Assembly (NCBI GenBank): GCA_034423175.1
Contig: DAOUJA010000062.1
Coordinates: 32,648 to 64,647, forward strand
Source of the DNA: Dehalococcoidia bacterium
GTDB taxonomy: Bacteria > Chloroflexota > Dehalococcoidia > Lucifugimonadales > Australimonadaceae
Direction of reading: 5' to 3'
DNA length: 32,000 nucleotides
Below, one piece after another: positions 8,447-16,029 of the stretch. Each line of letters opens with the position of its first letter. Position 1 is the first letter of the stretch. Below the pieces are notes generated by a model. That model saw only the letters and a program-made list of their open reading frames with translations. It was not told the DNA's origin and made no database searches. The position numbers were made by a program, and so were the translations under genes.

Positions 8447-8456
8447 GGCTGTTCTC

Positions 8457-10688
8457 CTATCTACTGATGTCCCGCAACGCGCGGTAGACCTTCTCCGCGG
8501 TGACCGGCGCGTCGGCGATGCGGACGCCGACGGCGTCTGCCACGGCATTCGCCACCGCGGCGCTGATGCCCTCGATAGAGTACTCCCCGATGCCCTTCGT
8601 GCGATACGGTCCTACTCCTTCCTCGGACTCGACGAGCGCGGTGCGGAATTCGGGAAGGTCGGCGATAGAGGGCAGCTTGTAGTCGGCGAGGCTGGGGTTG
8701 ACCACCCGGCCGTCCTGGAGCAGTAGCTCCTCGGTGAGGGCGTGCCCGATGCCCTGCACGACGCCCCCGTTGATCTGGCCCTGGTGCCCGATGGGATTGA
8801 TGATGACGCCCACGTCGTGGGCGCTGGTGAGCTTCAGCAGTTGGACCTCGCCGGTCTCGGGATCGACGCGCACCTCGGCGACCTGCGCCATCGCCGAGGC
8901 GACGGGGGAAGGCTCGTGTTCGTTGTTCGTCGCGCTCCCCGTGACGGGGGCTCCAGCCTGTGCGACGAGCCTTGCCCAGGGCGCCGACTCGCCGGTGTCG
9001 GTCCGTTTCACGACGTCGCCGGACAGCGCGATGCGCCCTGTGGGCCATCCGAGCAGACGCGTTGCCAGTTCGAACAGCTCCGCCCTGGCGCGGGTGGCGG
9101 CCTCGTGGGCGGCCGGTCCCGCCACGCGGGTGACCCGGCTCGCTCCGACGCCGGTGTCGAACGGGCCGTCGTCGGAGTCCCACGCCTGCACGTCGATGCT
9201 TCCGGGAGCCATGCCGAGCGCCTCGCCGACGATCTGGGCGAGCGCGGTGTAGGAGCCCGTGCCCTGCTCGAACACCGAGGTGTGCAGGAGCACGGAGCCG
9301 TCGGGGCTGAACGTGACCGCCGCCGACGATACCCCCTCACCCTGGTCCTTGTAGGCAAGCGATATCCCCCTTCCGACGTATGGCGGCCTGGGGTCGTTGT
9401 AGCCGGACGCGCGGATGGCGGCGTCAACGGTCTGCTCGGGGCGCATCACGAGACCGGGCATGCCGCTGGCAAGCTCCTCTCCGCTGCGCACGAGATTCTT
9501 CCGCCGCAACTCGAGAGGGTCGAGGCCGAGCCGCCGGGCGATGACGTCCATGTGGGACTCGACGGCGAAGTTGGCCTGGACCGCGCCCGGCCCGCGGAAG
9601 AAGCCGCCGGGGATGGTGTTGGTGTAGGCATGGACGGCCTCGATGCGCGTGTGAGGGATACGGTAGGGCCCGGCGGCGTGGCTCGCGCCGGGGAGGTTGA
9701 CGCCCGGCACGGGCTTGAAGCCGCCATAGGCGCCGCTGTTGAAGAGGAGGTGCGCCTCGTGAGCGGTGAGCGTACCGTCGCGCTTCACGCCGGTGCGCAT
9801 CCGGACGACGCTGGGGTGGCGGGGATTGGCCGCGGAGAACTCCTCGGCGAACGTCATGACGCTCTTCACCGGCCGGCCGGTCTCGAGGGCCAGGAAGTAG
9901 CAGACGGGGATGTCCATCGGGGAGCCCTTGCCGCCGAAGTCGCCTCCGATGGTCGAATGCCGCACAACGATGCGCTCAGGGTCCATGCCGAGGGCGTCGG
10001 CGAGGTTGAGCTTCAGACGGTGGGGCGCCTTGTTGGACGCCCAGATCTGCAACCGGCCGCCGTTGTCGACCCAGACGACGCACGAGTGGGGCTCGAGGTA
10101 TGCCTGATGGGCGCGCTGCGTGGTGTATACGCCCTCGACGACGAGGTCGGCCTCGGCGAAGCCGCGCTCAGGGTCGCCGCGGCCCCACACGTCGCTGACG
10201 AACGCGTTGGTGGGCTGGGGCAGGGGCGCTGGGAGGCCGTGGTAGGACTGCACGTCCGGGTGCAGCAGCGGCGCGCCGTCGGCGAGGGCGTCCTCGGGCT
10301 CCAGTACGGCAGGCAACTCCTCGTACACGACGTCGATCAGGTCGACGGCCCGCTGCGCGGTCTCGGCGTCGTCGGCGGCGACGGCAGCGACGCGCTCGCC
10401 GGCGAAGCGGACGCGCTCGTGGGCCAGCACGGGCACGTCGCGCATCCGTCGCCCGTACAGGACGCCCGCGACGTCGGCCCCGGTCAGCACGGCGTGGACG
10501 CCGGGGAGCCGCCCGGCCCTGGCTGTGTCGATGGAGACGATGCGGGCGTGCGGGTAGGGGCTGCGGAGGGCCTTCATCCACAGCATGCCGGGCAGGCCGG
10601 TGTCTGCGGCGTAGCGGGCTGCGCCCGTCGTCTTGGCGACGCCGTCGACGCGCGGTGTTGCGGTTCCGATCGCGTGGTAGGCCTGCAC
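8457..10688 (-). CDS. Xanthine dehydrogenase/aldehyde oxidase-family molybdopterin-binding large subunit
   Basis: 743 aa. N-terminal IGTATPRVDGVAKTTGAARYAAD hammerhead signature, a GGDFGGK motif, GGFFRGPG, and a C-terminal KGIGE catalytic-Glu region. GTG start with AGGAGG 4 nt upstream. There is no fused Fe-S domain. Confidence 0.95.
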   Translation of the reverse strand: MQAYHAIGTATPRVDGVAKTTGAARYAADTGLPGMLWMKALRSPYPHARIVSIDTARAGRLPGVHAVLTGADVAGVLYGRRMRDVPVLAHERVRFAGERVAAVAADDAETAQRAVDLIDVVYEELPAVLEPEDALADGAPLLHPDVQSYHGLPAPLPQPTNAFVSDVWGRGDPERGFAEADLVVEGVYTTQRAHQAYLEPHSCVVWVDNGGRLQIWASNKAPHRLKLNLADALGMDPERIVVRHSTIGGDFGGKGSPMDIPVCYFLALETGRPVKSVMTFAEEFSAANPRHPSVVRMRTGVKRDGTLTAHEAHLLFNSGAYGGFKPVPGVNLPGASHAAGPYRIPHTRIEAVHAYTNTIPGGFFRGPGAVQANFAVESHMDVIARRLGLDPLELRRKNLVRSGEELASGMPGLVMRPEQTVDAAIRASGYNDPRPPYVGRGISLAYKDQGEGVSSAAVTFSPDGSVLLHTSVFEQGTGSYTALAQIVGEALGMAPGSIDVQAWDSDDGPFDTGVGASRVTRVAGPAAHEAATRARAELFELATRLLGWPTGRIALSGDVVKRTDTGESAPWARLVAQAGAPVTGSATNNEHEPSPVASAMAQVAEVRVDPETGEVQLLKLTSAHDVGVIINPIGHQGQINGGVVQGIGHALTEELLLQDGRVVNPSLADYKLPSIADLPEFRTALVESEEGVGPYRTKGIGEYSIEGISAAVANAVADAVGVRIADAPVTAEKVYRALRDISR

Positions 10689-10707
10689 GCGGCCTCCTGA
10701 ACGGGGC

Positions 10708-11031
10708 CTAGTTCTTGCGGGGGCCGACCGAGACGTCGCCGTCCTCGACGCTCACTTCGTAGACGGGGAGGGGGATCTCGGCGGGCGGCGCGGTCACCTC
10801 ACCGGTGAGCACGTTGTACCGCGTGCCGTGGCAGTCGCATTCGATTTCGTCGAACTCGTCCACCGCGCCGTAGTAGAGGTCGCACTCCTCGTGGGTGCAC
10901 ATGTTGTCGAAGGCGATGACCTCGCCCCGGAGCTCGGTGACGATGACCTGGTTCTCGCCGACCTGCACGACCTTCAATTCGCTGGCGTTCACTTCGCCGC
11001 GGGACGCGACGCGTTCGTAGCCTTCAGGCAT
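10708..11031 (-). CDS. Rieske [2Fe-2S] ferredoxin
   Basis: 107 aa with the full Rieske motif C45-T-H47-x17-C65-D-C-H68. The size and layout match ferredoxin components of ring-hydroxylating oxygenase systems. AAGGAGAG lies upstream of ATG 11031. This CDS is the 3' tail of the spurious 783-aa track ORF. Confidence 0.9.
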   Translation of the reverse strand: MPEGYERVASRGEVNASELKVVQVGENQVIVTELRGEVIAFDNMCTHEECDLYYGAVDEFDEIECDCHGTRYNVLTGEVTAPPAEIPLPVYEVSVEDGDVSVGPRKN

Positions 11032-11093
11032 GTTGCACTCTCCTTGTCTTTGCGTTCCTCCGGGCGGAGGGACCGGGTCTGGACGGCGTAGCG

Positions 11094-11837
11094 TCAGACG
11101 ACGGAGCCGCCGCCGTCGTTCCTGAGGGTCTGGCCGTAGAGATGGCGGGCGTCGTCGCTGGCGAGGAAGAGGGCGACGCTCGCCTGCTCCTCCGGGTAGC
11201 CTGCGCGTCCGCCGACGAGGTTGTTCGTCTGCCGGTCCTCGAACGGGATCATGCCGCCGACCTGCGAGCCGGTGATGCCCGGCGCGATGGCGTTGGTGCG
11301 GATGCCGTACTGGGCAAGCTGCACGGCCATGTCCATGGTCAGGGTCACGATGGCGCCCTTCGCCATGTCGTAAGCGACGCGCTGCTTGTTGCCGTTGAAC
11401 GCCGAACCGGACGAGAAGTTGACGATGGCCCCGCCCGTGCCCTGCTTCACCATCTGCTCCGAGACGTACTTGCAGGTGTAGTACGTGCCGTTCATCGTCA
11501 CTTCGATGATCTTCAGATACTCCTCGTCGTCCAGTTCCAGCATCGGCTTGCGGTCGGAGATGGCGGCGCAGTTCAGGAGGATGTCGATCCGGCCGTAGTG
11601 CTCGACGACCTTCGCGATCATGTTCTTGACGTCGGCGACCTTCTGCACCTCGCCGGTGACGTACATGCACTCGCCGCCCTGCTCCGCGACCTCCTCGGTC
11701 ACGGCCGCGGCGCGGCTCTCTTCCATGTCGAAGATGGCGATCTTCGCGCCCTCCGAGGCGAAGAGCTTGGAGGAGGCGCGTCCGATGTTCCTGCCGCCTC
11801 CGACGATCACCGCGACCTTGTCGTCCAGCCTGCCCAT
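11094..11837 (-). CDS. SDR-family oxidoreductase
   Basis: 247 aa with an N-terminal VIVGGGRNIG dinucleotide-binding motif, a catalytic YDMAK (YxxxK) motif and the NAIAPG motif. Confidence 0.9.
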   Translation of the reverse strand: MGRLDDKVAVIVGGGRNIGRASSKLFASEGAKIAIFDMEESRAAAVTEEVAEQGGECMYVTGEVQKVADVKNMIAKVVEHYGRIDILLNCAAISDRKPMLELDDEEYLKIIEVTMNGTYYTCKYVSEQMVKQGTGGAIVNFSSGSAFNGNKQRVAYDMAKGAIVTLTMDMAVQLAQYGIRTNAIAPGITGSQVGGMIPFEDRQTNNLVGGRAGYPEEQASVALFLASDDARHLYGQTLRNDGGGSVV

Positions 11838-11997
11838 GTTGCACCTTCCCCGTTGTGTGGTTGGGGGACGCGCGCGGCGCCCTGCGGGATTCTATGCGAA
11901 CGCGTGTGGGCGGGAAAGGGCGCGCGAGCCATGGGCTGCCCTTTGGGAGGCAGGCGCGCTGTTCTTTCTCGCGCACGCAGGCCGGGGGGAGGACACT

Positions 11998-12157
11998 CTG
12001 GATTCCAGCCTTCGCTGGAAAGACGGGGTTGGCTGGATTCCAGCCTTCGCTGGAAAGACGGGGTTGGCTGGAAAAGACGGGGTTGGCTGGATTCCAGCCT
12101 TCGCTGGAAGGACGGGGTTGGCTGGAAAGACGGGGTTGGCTGGAACGGCGGGGTCTG
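11998..12157. repeat. Family-B hairpin repeat, tandem array
   Basis: The 35-nt unit ctggattccagccttcgctggaaagacggggttgg occurs at 11998-12032, 12033-12067 and 12087-12121. Truncated 18-19 nt units occur at 12068-12086, 12122-12139 and 12140-12157. Each full unit holds the hairpin ttccagc-cttc-gctggaa. The array lies in the divergent intergenic region between the two SDR genes. Confidence 0.9.
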
Positions 12158-12210
12158 TCACGGTAGGATGGCGGCGCGCCGCTGGAGCGGCGCGCACGGA
12201 GGTGGGCGCG

Positions 12211-12972
12211 ATGCTGTTGCAGGACAGGGTCATCATCGTCACGGGTGCGGCGTCGGGGCTGGGACACAGATACGCGACTCGCCTGGCGGAGGAAGGGGCG
12301 AAGCTGACGCTCGCCGACATCGCCGACCTCTCGAAGACGACGTTGTTGTGCGAGGCTGCAGGCGCGGAGGTGCTGCCGCTGCGCGTCGACGTGTCGTCGG
12401 AGGAGGACACGCTGGAGATGGCGCGGCAGACGCACGAGCGTTTCGGACGCATCGACGGCCTGCTGAACAACGCGGGCATCACGACGCGGCACGGGCTGGA
12501 GTACGCGTCGCTGATGGACGTCGACATGACCATGTGGGACCGGGTGTTCGCGGTCAACACGCGGGGCACGTTCCTCGGCATCCGCGCGGTCTACCCGTAC
12601 ATGCGGGAGCAGGGCTCCGGCACCATCGTCAACGTGAGCTCCGGGAGCACGCTGCGCATCAGCCGCTCGGCGAGCGCGACCAACGTCCAGTACGTCGGGT
12701 CGAAATCGGCCATCACGGGCATCACGCGGGCGGTGGCGCGGGAGCTGGGGCAGTACAACATCAACGTCGTGACCGTCGCGCCGGGGTCGACGACCTCGGA
12801 CACGGAGGACCCGATATCGGCAGACGAGGCGTACCCAGAACCGGAGGCGTCGCTGCTGCGGCGCGGGGTGCCGGACGACCTCGCGGGAGTGATGGCGTTC
12901 CTGTTCACGGACGACGCCCGGTTCATCTCCGGGCAGATGATCCTCGTGAATGGGGGGCGGGAGGTCTGGTAA
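12211..12972 (+). CDS. SDR-family oxidoreductase
   Basis: 253 aa counted from ATG 12211, with GGAGGTGG upstream. It carries TGAASGLG, NNAG and YVGSK motifs. The upstream part of track ORF 11620.. is a translated repeat array. Confidence 0.9.
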   Translation: MLLQDRVIIVTGAASGLGHRYATRLAEEGAKLTLADIADLSKTTLLCEAAGAEVLPLRVDVSSEEDTLEMARQTHERFGRIDGLLNNAGITTRHGLEYASLMDVDMTMWDRVFAVNTRGTFLGIRAVYPYMREQGSGTIVNVSSGSTLRISRSASATNVQYVGSKSAITGITRAVARELGQYNINVVTVAPGSTTSDTEDPISADEAYPEPEASLLRRGVPDDLAGVMAFLFTDDARFISGQMILVNGGREVW

Positions 12973-12977
12973 GGGGG

Positions 12978-13232
12978 CTAGTCTGCGATCGTGTTGATGA
13001 AGGCGAGGAGGATGCCGCCCCATAGGGTGGACATGCCTACCGTCGTTCCGACCGTCCACCGAATGATCCGCGATTCGGACTCGCGTTGCTCAACGCGCAC
13101 GGTGCGCTCAATGAGTTCGACGCGGAGTTGGGCGTGCTGCTGCTCGTTGTCTCTGACGAAATCGAGCATGTAGCGGGGGATGGTCCCGCTCTCATTGCCC
13201 TGCTGTTCGGGCGTTTGGGCGCCGGTTGTCAT
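12978..13232 (-). CDS. Small tail-anchored protein (coiled-coil N-part, C-terminal TM helix), unknown family
   Basis: 84 aa with GGAGG 5 nt upstream of the ATG. It has a charged helical region followed by the C-terminal hydrophobic stretch TVGMSTLWGGILLAFINTI. Confidence 0.5.
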   Translation of the reverse strand: MTTGAQTPEQQGNESGTIPRYMLDFVRDNEQQHAQLRVELIERTVRVEQRESESRIIRWTVGTTVGMSTLWGGILLAFINTIAD

Positions 13233-13378
13233 GGCGGCCTCCGTGCTTCAGGATACCACGCACGGTATGGGCCATGTGTACGGGGCGCAACGCGCTGGTG
13301 TCGCAGGCCACCCGGTCCTGCGCAGGGCCTCTTGAAGGAGGGTGTTAGAGTAGCGGCATTCAGCGAAAGGAACGAGCG

Positions 13379-15088
13379 ATGACGGACATCACGCCGGACG
13401 AGTTTCGCGGGTTGGCGAAGGTAGCGGGGCTGCGGTTGCTGGACGAAGACGTCGAGCCGCTGACGGTGCAGTTCAACGCGCTGCGCGAGGGGTTGGAGGT
13501 GCTGGACGAGCACGACCTGTATGGGGTCGCACCGCTGCCCGCGCTGCAGTACCCGGCGGAGGCGCCGGGGCCTCGTGGTTCGACAGGCTCACCACGAGCG
13601 GGTGAAGGCCCTTCGATAGGCTCAGGTGGTTCGACGAGCTCACCGCGAGCGGCCCGGTTGACGGAGAGTTCCGATGCGCCGATGGCGTACAAGCCGATCA
13701 CGGAGCTGGCGCACCTGCTGCGGACGCGGCAGGTGTCGTCGGTGGAGCTGACGCGGATGTACCTGGACCGCGTCGAGCGGTTCGACGGCGAGTTGCGGTC
13801 GTACGTGACGGTAACGGCGGAACTCGCGCTGGAGCAGGCGGCGAAGGCGGACGAGGCGCTGGCGCGCGGGGAGGCGGTGGGGCCGCTGGCCGGTATCCCG
13901 CTCGCACACAAGGACGAGTTCTACACGAAGGACATCCTGACGACGTGCGGCTCCAGCATCCTGTCGGAGTTCGTGCCGGACTTCGACGCGACGCCCATCG
14001 CGAAGTTCCACGAGGCAGGCGCGGTGATGCTGGGCAAGCTGAACATGACGGAGTTCGCGTCGCCGGTGACGTGGGTGTTCCCGTACGGCCAGCCGCGCAA
14101 CCCGTGGAACCTGGAGCACGACGCGGGCGGGTCGAGCACGGGCTCCGGCATTGCGGTCGCGGCGGGCCTCTGCGCGGCGTCGCTGGCCGAAGACACGGGC
14201 GGCTCGATACGGCGTCCGGCGTCGTGCAACGGCGCTGTGGGCATCCGTCCGACGCTGGGACGGGTGAGCACGCACGGGATGATCGCGAGCAGCTGGAACC
14301 AGGACACGGCGGGCCCCATCGCGCGGTCTGTCGCGGACTGCGCGCTGCTGCTGGAGGCAGTGGCCGGGTTCGACGCGAACGACCTGATGTCGGCGCGGCT
14401 GCCGGTGCCGTCCTACGCGTCGTGGCTGGACGGCGACATCCGGGGGATGCGGGTCGCCGTGATCAAGGAGGCGGTCGACGCGCCGCACCTGGACCCGCGC
14501 ATCCGTCAGCTGCTGCTCGACGCCGTCGAGGTGCTGCGGTCGCTCGGCGCGGAGGTGGAGGAGGTGTCGCTGCCGCTCATCACGATGACGGCGCTCATCA
14601 ACAACGCGCTGCACTCGCCGCGCGTGGCGCTGCAGTGGACGCACCTGAACGCGACGCCGGAGCTGTTCGACACCGGGGTGCGGCGGAATACGCTGCTCTC
14701 GGCGCTGGTCCCGGCGGCGACGTACCAGCGGGCGCTGCAGTTGCGCGCCCGGCTGCGGGCGCAGGCGCTCGGCATCCTGGAGCGCTTCGACGTGACGGTG
14801 GCCCCGGCGTACGCGCAGTTCCCGCCGCGCATCGCGGACACGAAGGGCGAGCCTCCGACGAAGGAGGCGGCGGTGGAGCAGATGCGGAAGTACGGCTTCC
14901 ACACGCCCGCGAACTACTCCGGCGCGCCCGCGATGTCGGTGCCGATGGGCTTCTCCGACGACGGCCTGCCCATAGGGCTGCACGTGATGGCGAAGCGCTT
15001 CGACGAGACGTCGATCTTCCGCATCGCGCACGCCTACGAGCAGGCGACGCCCTGGCACACGATGCGTCCGCCGTATGGGGCAGGGTAG
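13379..15088 (+). CDS. GatC/AtzG-like N-domain fused through a repeat-derived linker to an amidase-signature (GatA/AtzE-like) amidase
   Basis: aa 1-60, LAKVAGLRLLDEDVEPLTVQFNALREGLEVLDEHDLYGV, resembles GatC-type small subunits. aa 102-569 carry amidase-signature motifs: GIPLAHKDEF, GGSSTGSG and GGSIRRPAS. There is no stop codon between the two parts. Confidence 0.85.
   Translation: MTDITPDEFRGLAKVAGLRLLDEDVEPLTVQFNALREGLEVLDEHDLYGVAPLPALQYPAEAPGPRGSTGSPRAGEGPSIGSGGSTSSPRAARLTESSDAPMAYKPITELAHLLRTRQVSSVELTRMYLDRVERFDGELRSYVTVTAELALEQAAKADEALARGEAVGPLAGIPLAHKDEFYTKDILTTCGSSILSEFVPDFDATPIAKFHEAGAVMLGKLNMTEFASPVTWVFPYGQPRNPWNLEHDAGGSSTGSGIAVAAGLCAASLAEDTGGSIRRPASCNGAVGIRPTLGRVSTHGMIASSWNQDTAGPIARSVADCALLLEAVAGFDANDLMSARLPVPSYASWLDGDIRGMRVAVIKEAVDAPHLDPRIRQLLLDAVEVLRSLGAEVEEVSLPLITMTALINNALHSPRVALQWTHLNATPELFDTGVRRNTLLSALVPAATYQRALQLRARLRAQALGILERFDVTVAPAYAQFPPRIADTKGEPPTKEAAVEQMRKYGFHTPANYSGAPAMSVPMGFSDDGLPIGLHVMAKRFDETSIFRIAHAYEQATPWHTMRPPYGAG
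13571..13654. repeat. Family-A REP-like element, two copies inside a CDS
   Basis: The cores are ggttcgacaggctcaccacgagcggg (13577-13602) and ggttcgacgagctcaccgcgagcggcc (13628-13654). A degenerate ttcgataggctca core lies between them. Both are translated in frame as the Gly/Ser/Pro-rich linker of the amidase ORF. Confidence 0.8.
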
Positions 15089-15144
15089 CCCCTGCACCCA
15101 TTCGGGGGCGTCCCGAAGTAGCAGAGTCTACGTAGACAGTTCGT

Positions 15145-15183
15145 CGTTCAGTTGGTGGTTCGACAGGCTCCCCACGAGCGGGC
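15145..15183. repeat. Family-A REP-like element, single copy
   Basis: cgttcagttggtggttcgacaggctccccacgagcgggc lies between the convergent amidase and isomerase genes. Confidence 0.8.
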
Positions 15184-15277
15184 TACCCGGAGAGATGTTT
15201 CGGCTCCGCTCAACATGACAATCCCCCACCCCGCACCGTGGCTGCGAGGTTCCTGCCTCAGCAGGAACGACGGCGGG

Positions 15278-16015
15278 CTAGCGGGGCGTGGTGAGGAGGC
15301 AGCCTGCGCCTTCGATGGGGTCGGGGATGCCGGCCAGGGCGAGGGCGCGCCAGAGGGTCGCGGAATGCGAGGTGACGACCGGCTTGCCGATCGCGCGCTC
15401 CAGGTCCTCGGCGGCGGCGATGGCGTCGTAGTTCATGCAGCTCACGAAGAGGGCGTCGGGCGACAGGGAATAGGCGTCCTGCCAGGCGTCCAGGCAGAAA
15501 TCGTGGATCTCGTCCGGCGTCACGCAGCAGTACTGCTTGCCCGAGGTGAGGCCCATGCCGCGCATGAGGACGGGCTCGATGCCGGCCTGGCGGAGGTAGA
15601 CCGCCTCGTGCTCGTTGTGGCTGTCGACGTAGGGGCTGGTGAGGACGATGCGGCGCGCGCCGAGATGCTGGAGCGCCTCGGCGCAGGCGAGCATGGTGGA
15701 GGTGGCGGGGATGCCGGTGCGCTCCACGATGCCGTCGCAGAAGGCGCGGTCCTCGTCGAAGCCGCGCATCGCGCCACTGACGGTGCAGCAGTAGGCGATG
15801 GCGTCGACGTCGGCGGTGACGAGCTCGTCGACGGCGCGCGGGGCGTTCTGCTCCATGCGGACGAGGCCGTCCGGTCCTCCGGTGTTCAGCATCCTGGACG
15901 CGTGGAAGGTGACGCCGGGCGGCGCGAGCTGATAGTAGCGCGGCTCGGTGATGACCTGTCCGCTGTTGGTGATGAGGCCGATGCGCTTGCGCCAGTTGAG
16001 GGGTTCCATGGTCAT
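15278..16015 (-). CDS. Asp/Glu-racemase-superfamily protein, maleate cis-trans isomerase-like
   Basis: 245 aa counted from ATG 16015, with AAGGAG upstream. Two candidate catalytic cysteines, AYCCTVS at about residue 76/77 and VSCMNY at about residue 193, are placed as in maleate isomerases. Arylmalonate decarboxylases keep only one such cysteine. The remainder of the 533-aa track ORF is out-of-frame junk over the next gene. Confidence 0.8.
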   Translation of the reverse strand: MTMEPLNWRKRIGLITNSGQVITEPRYYQLAPPGVTFHASRMLNTGGPDGLVRMEQNAPRAVDELVTADVDAIAYCCTVSGAMRGFDEDRAFCDGIVERTGIPATSTMLACAEALQHLGARRIVLTSPYVDSHNEHEAVYLRQAGIEPVLMRGMGLTSGKQYCCVTPDEIHDFCLDAWQDAYSLSPDALFVSCMNYDAIAAAEDLERAIGKPVVTSHSATLWRALALAGIPDPIEGAGCLLTTPR

Positions 16016-16029
16016 GCTCCTTGTTCGCG

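Noticed and set aside
6801-8456. tRNA-associated genomic island (tRNA-Arg as an integration site for the low-GC segment)
   Set aside because: There is no integrase and no direct repeat of the tRNA 3' end. The low-GC DNA lies on the 5' side of the tRNA, separated from it by a host-like gene. The classic integration geometry is absent.
7631-8468. 7-nt direct repeat tactgat at 7631-7637 and 8462-8468 as target-site duplication flanking the low-GC island
   Set aside because: A 7-mer match within search windows of this size is expected by chance. The right copy also lies inside the coding end of the Mo-enzyme gene rather than at the compositional boundary.
11998-12157. Tandem 35-nt repeats (and the 22-nt repeats at 3373-3459) considered as a CRISPR array
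   Set aside because: The units are directly adjacent with no unique spacers. The unit lengths and partial units fit REP/minisatellite-type repeats. No cas genes are in the window.
10708-13059. 783-aa minus-strand ORF in the supplied track
   Set aside because: It is a chimeric GC-driven read-through. Only its last 107 codons (the Rieske ferredoxin) look like real protein. The rest is Arg/Pro/Gly-rich and overlaps two well-supported SDR genes and the repeat array.
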